From NCBI GenBank assembly GCA_002269645.1, contig NIVC01000877.1, forward strand, positions 62,001-126,000: 64,000 nt of DNA. Direction: 5' to 3'. Position numbers and translations under genes: made by a program. Numbering within the stretch: position 1 is the stretch's first letter; the number at the start of each line of letters is the position of its first letter. The notes beneath the pieces were generated by a model. It was not told the origin of the DNA, made no database searches, and saw only the letters and a program-made list of their open reading frames with translations. Shown in pieces: positions 63,007-64,000 of this stretch. The stretch is from Macrostomum lignano. Taxonomy: Eukaryota.

Positions 63007-63337
63007 TTAATTAGCCAAGTGCCAGTGTCCAAAGGGTAGCGAATTAATTGAACTTGTCCAGGATCGCTTCGTATCGAAGAAGCTTAGTGCAAGTTTTCTT
63101 TGTTGCATCAAAAAAAACTTTCTGTTTTCGAGAACGAATGGACTGCATGCGCGAAAACACAAGTTGTCGCTTGTGTAAGACTCTTAAATAGTCTTGATGC
63201 TTTAAACTGCTCTGTGCGGCTTTAGAAGCAGTACTGCTCCAGCTTTGCGACCGATTGAGACTGGAACTTTAAACGATTGCTGCTTAACCAGACCGGACCG
63301 GACTGGACCGGACCGGACTGGACCGGACTCCCCGCGC

Positions 63338-63369
<32 letters not shown>

Positions 63370-64000
63370 ACCACCACCGCCGCCACCACCACCACCACCA
63401 CCGCCGCCACCACCACCACTGCCGCCGCCCGCCCCCACACCACCGTGGGACGTATTTGTTGACAGTGTGCTTGCATGGCTTTTGCGATAAACGCAGAGCA
63501 TCAAGTCTAGCTGCTCGATTGCTCTATATTGCCAATTACTACCTCGAGATTGAAAATTGTCAATTTTTATTAACAACTGATTAATAACGCGTGCGAACCA
63601 GTCATTGTAGGCCTCGGGAGATAACAGCATGTCACTGTTTGCAATCGTCTCATCAAATGATATTGTCGCAATGTTGGTATTAAAATAGACCGAAATGATC
63701 TCTTCGCTGCTCGAGCCATCGTTGTCGTCTGCTGCTGTTTTCGGTCGAAATAGTGTCACTTTCAAGTGAAAGCAGACTCTTATTAATAAACTGGGTGAGC
63801 CAATTTTTTCCAATATTTTAAATATTGGTTCTCTTAAAGACGCAATCAACTCGCCAGGAAGTAACTCGCCAGAGCTGTTGCCTTGTTGTTCAAGAGTGGG
63901 AGTAAATTCGACAAAATTTACCCGACCACGATGAGCTGACTCGCGCAAAGCGATGGACCACCCATCTGGTGGGTTTTCGATCAGGTTTTGCAGCGATCCG
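63007..64000 (-). pseudogene. Protein-primed DNA polymerase B remnant: N-terminal region fused to the extreme C-terminus, catalytic core missing
   Basis: N-terminal IDNFQSRGSNW.Y..IE.LDL...Y and SFKVPVSIGRKA; then LKHQDYL...MQSIRSRKQKVF and LSFFDTKR...NSLPFGHW* in other frames. Confidence 0.75.
63290..63440. repeat. (GGACC)n and (CCG/CCA)n microsatellites, in frame as poly-Gly in the pPolB N-terminus
   Basis: Directly visible. Confidence 0.9.

Larger units (their letters stand above)
52727..64000 (-). mobile_element. Polinton/Maverick (adintovirus-like) endogenous viral element; left end tentative, continues past the window
   Basis: Co-oriented, tightly packed protease, MCP, integrase, penton, ATPase and pPolB remnant; candidate (AG)8 terminus at 52727. 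Confidence 0.93.

Overview
Repeat-rich invertebrate nuclear DNA; the gene style and repeat load resemble a free-living flatworm such as Macrostomum, which is an inference. Left (1-13.4 kb): the five 5' coding exons of mitochondrial DNA polymerase gamma (POLG, minus strand) and, just upstream on the same strand, a four-exon TRAF-like RING gene with a C-terminal transmembrane anchor. Most large introns here hold their own minisatellite. Middle (13.4-41.7 kb): a transposon graveyard with a tRNA-derived SINE, mariner, hAT and other MITEs, tandem Helentron-like units, a maT (DD37D) element, a 5'-inverted RTE retroposon and its older duplicate, and several satellites. 41.7-50.2 kb: an orphan plus-strand gene built from duplicated exon modules, with a 5'-truncated APE-RT LINE in one intron. 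Right (about 52.7-64 kb): an endogenous Polinton/Maverick (adintovirus-like) element encoding protease, major capsid, core-like protein, integrase, penton, packaging ATPase, PLA2 and dUTPase. Its capsid block is tandemly duplicated, and its pPolB gene appears to have lost the whole catalytic core. Five degenerate copies of the 28S rRNA H69-H71 segment are scattered through the window: two lie inside a MITE family and three near POLG splice sites. In all five the central R2/I-PpoI target sequence is disrupted.
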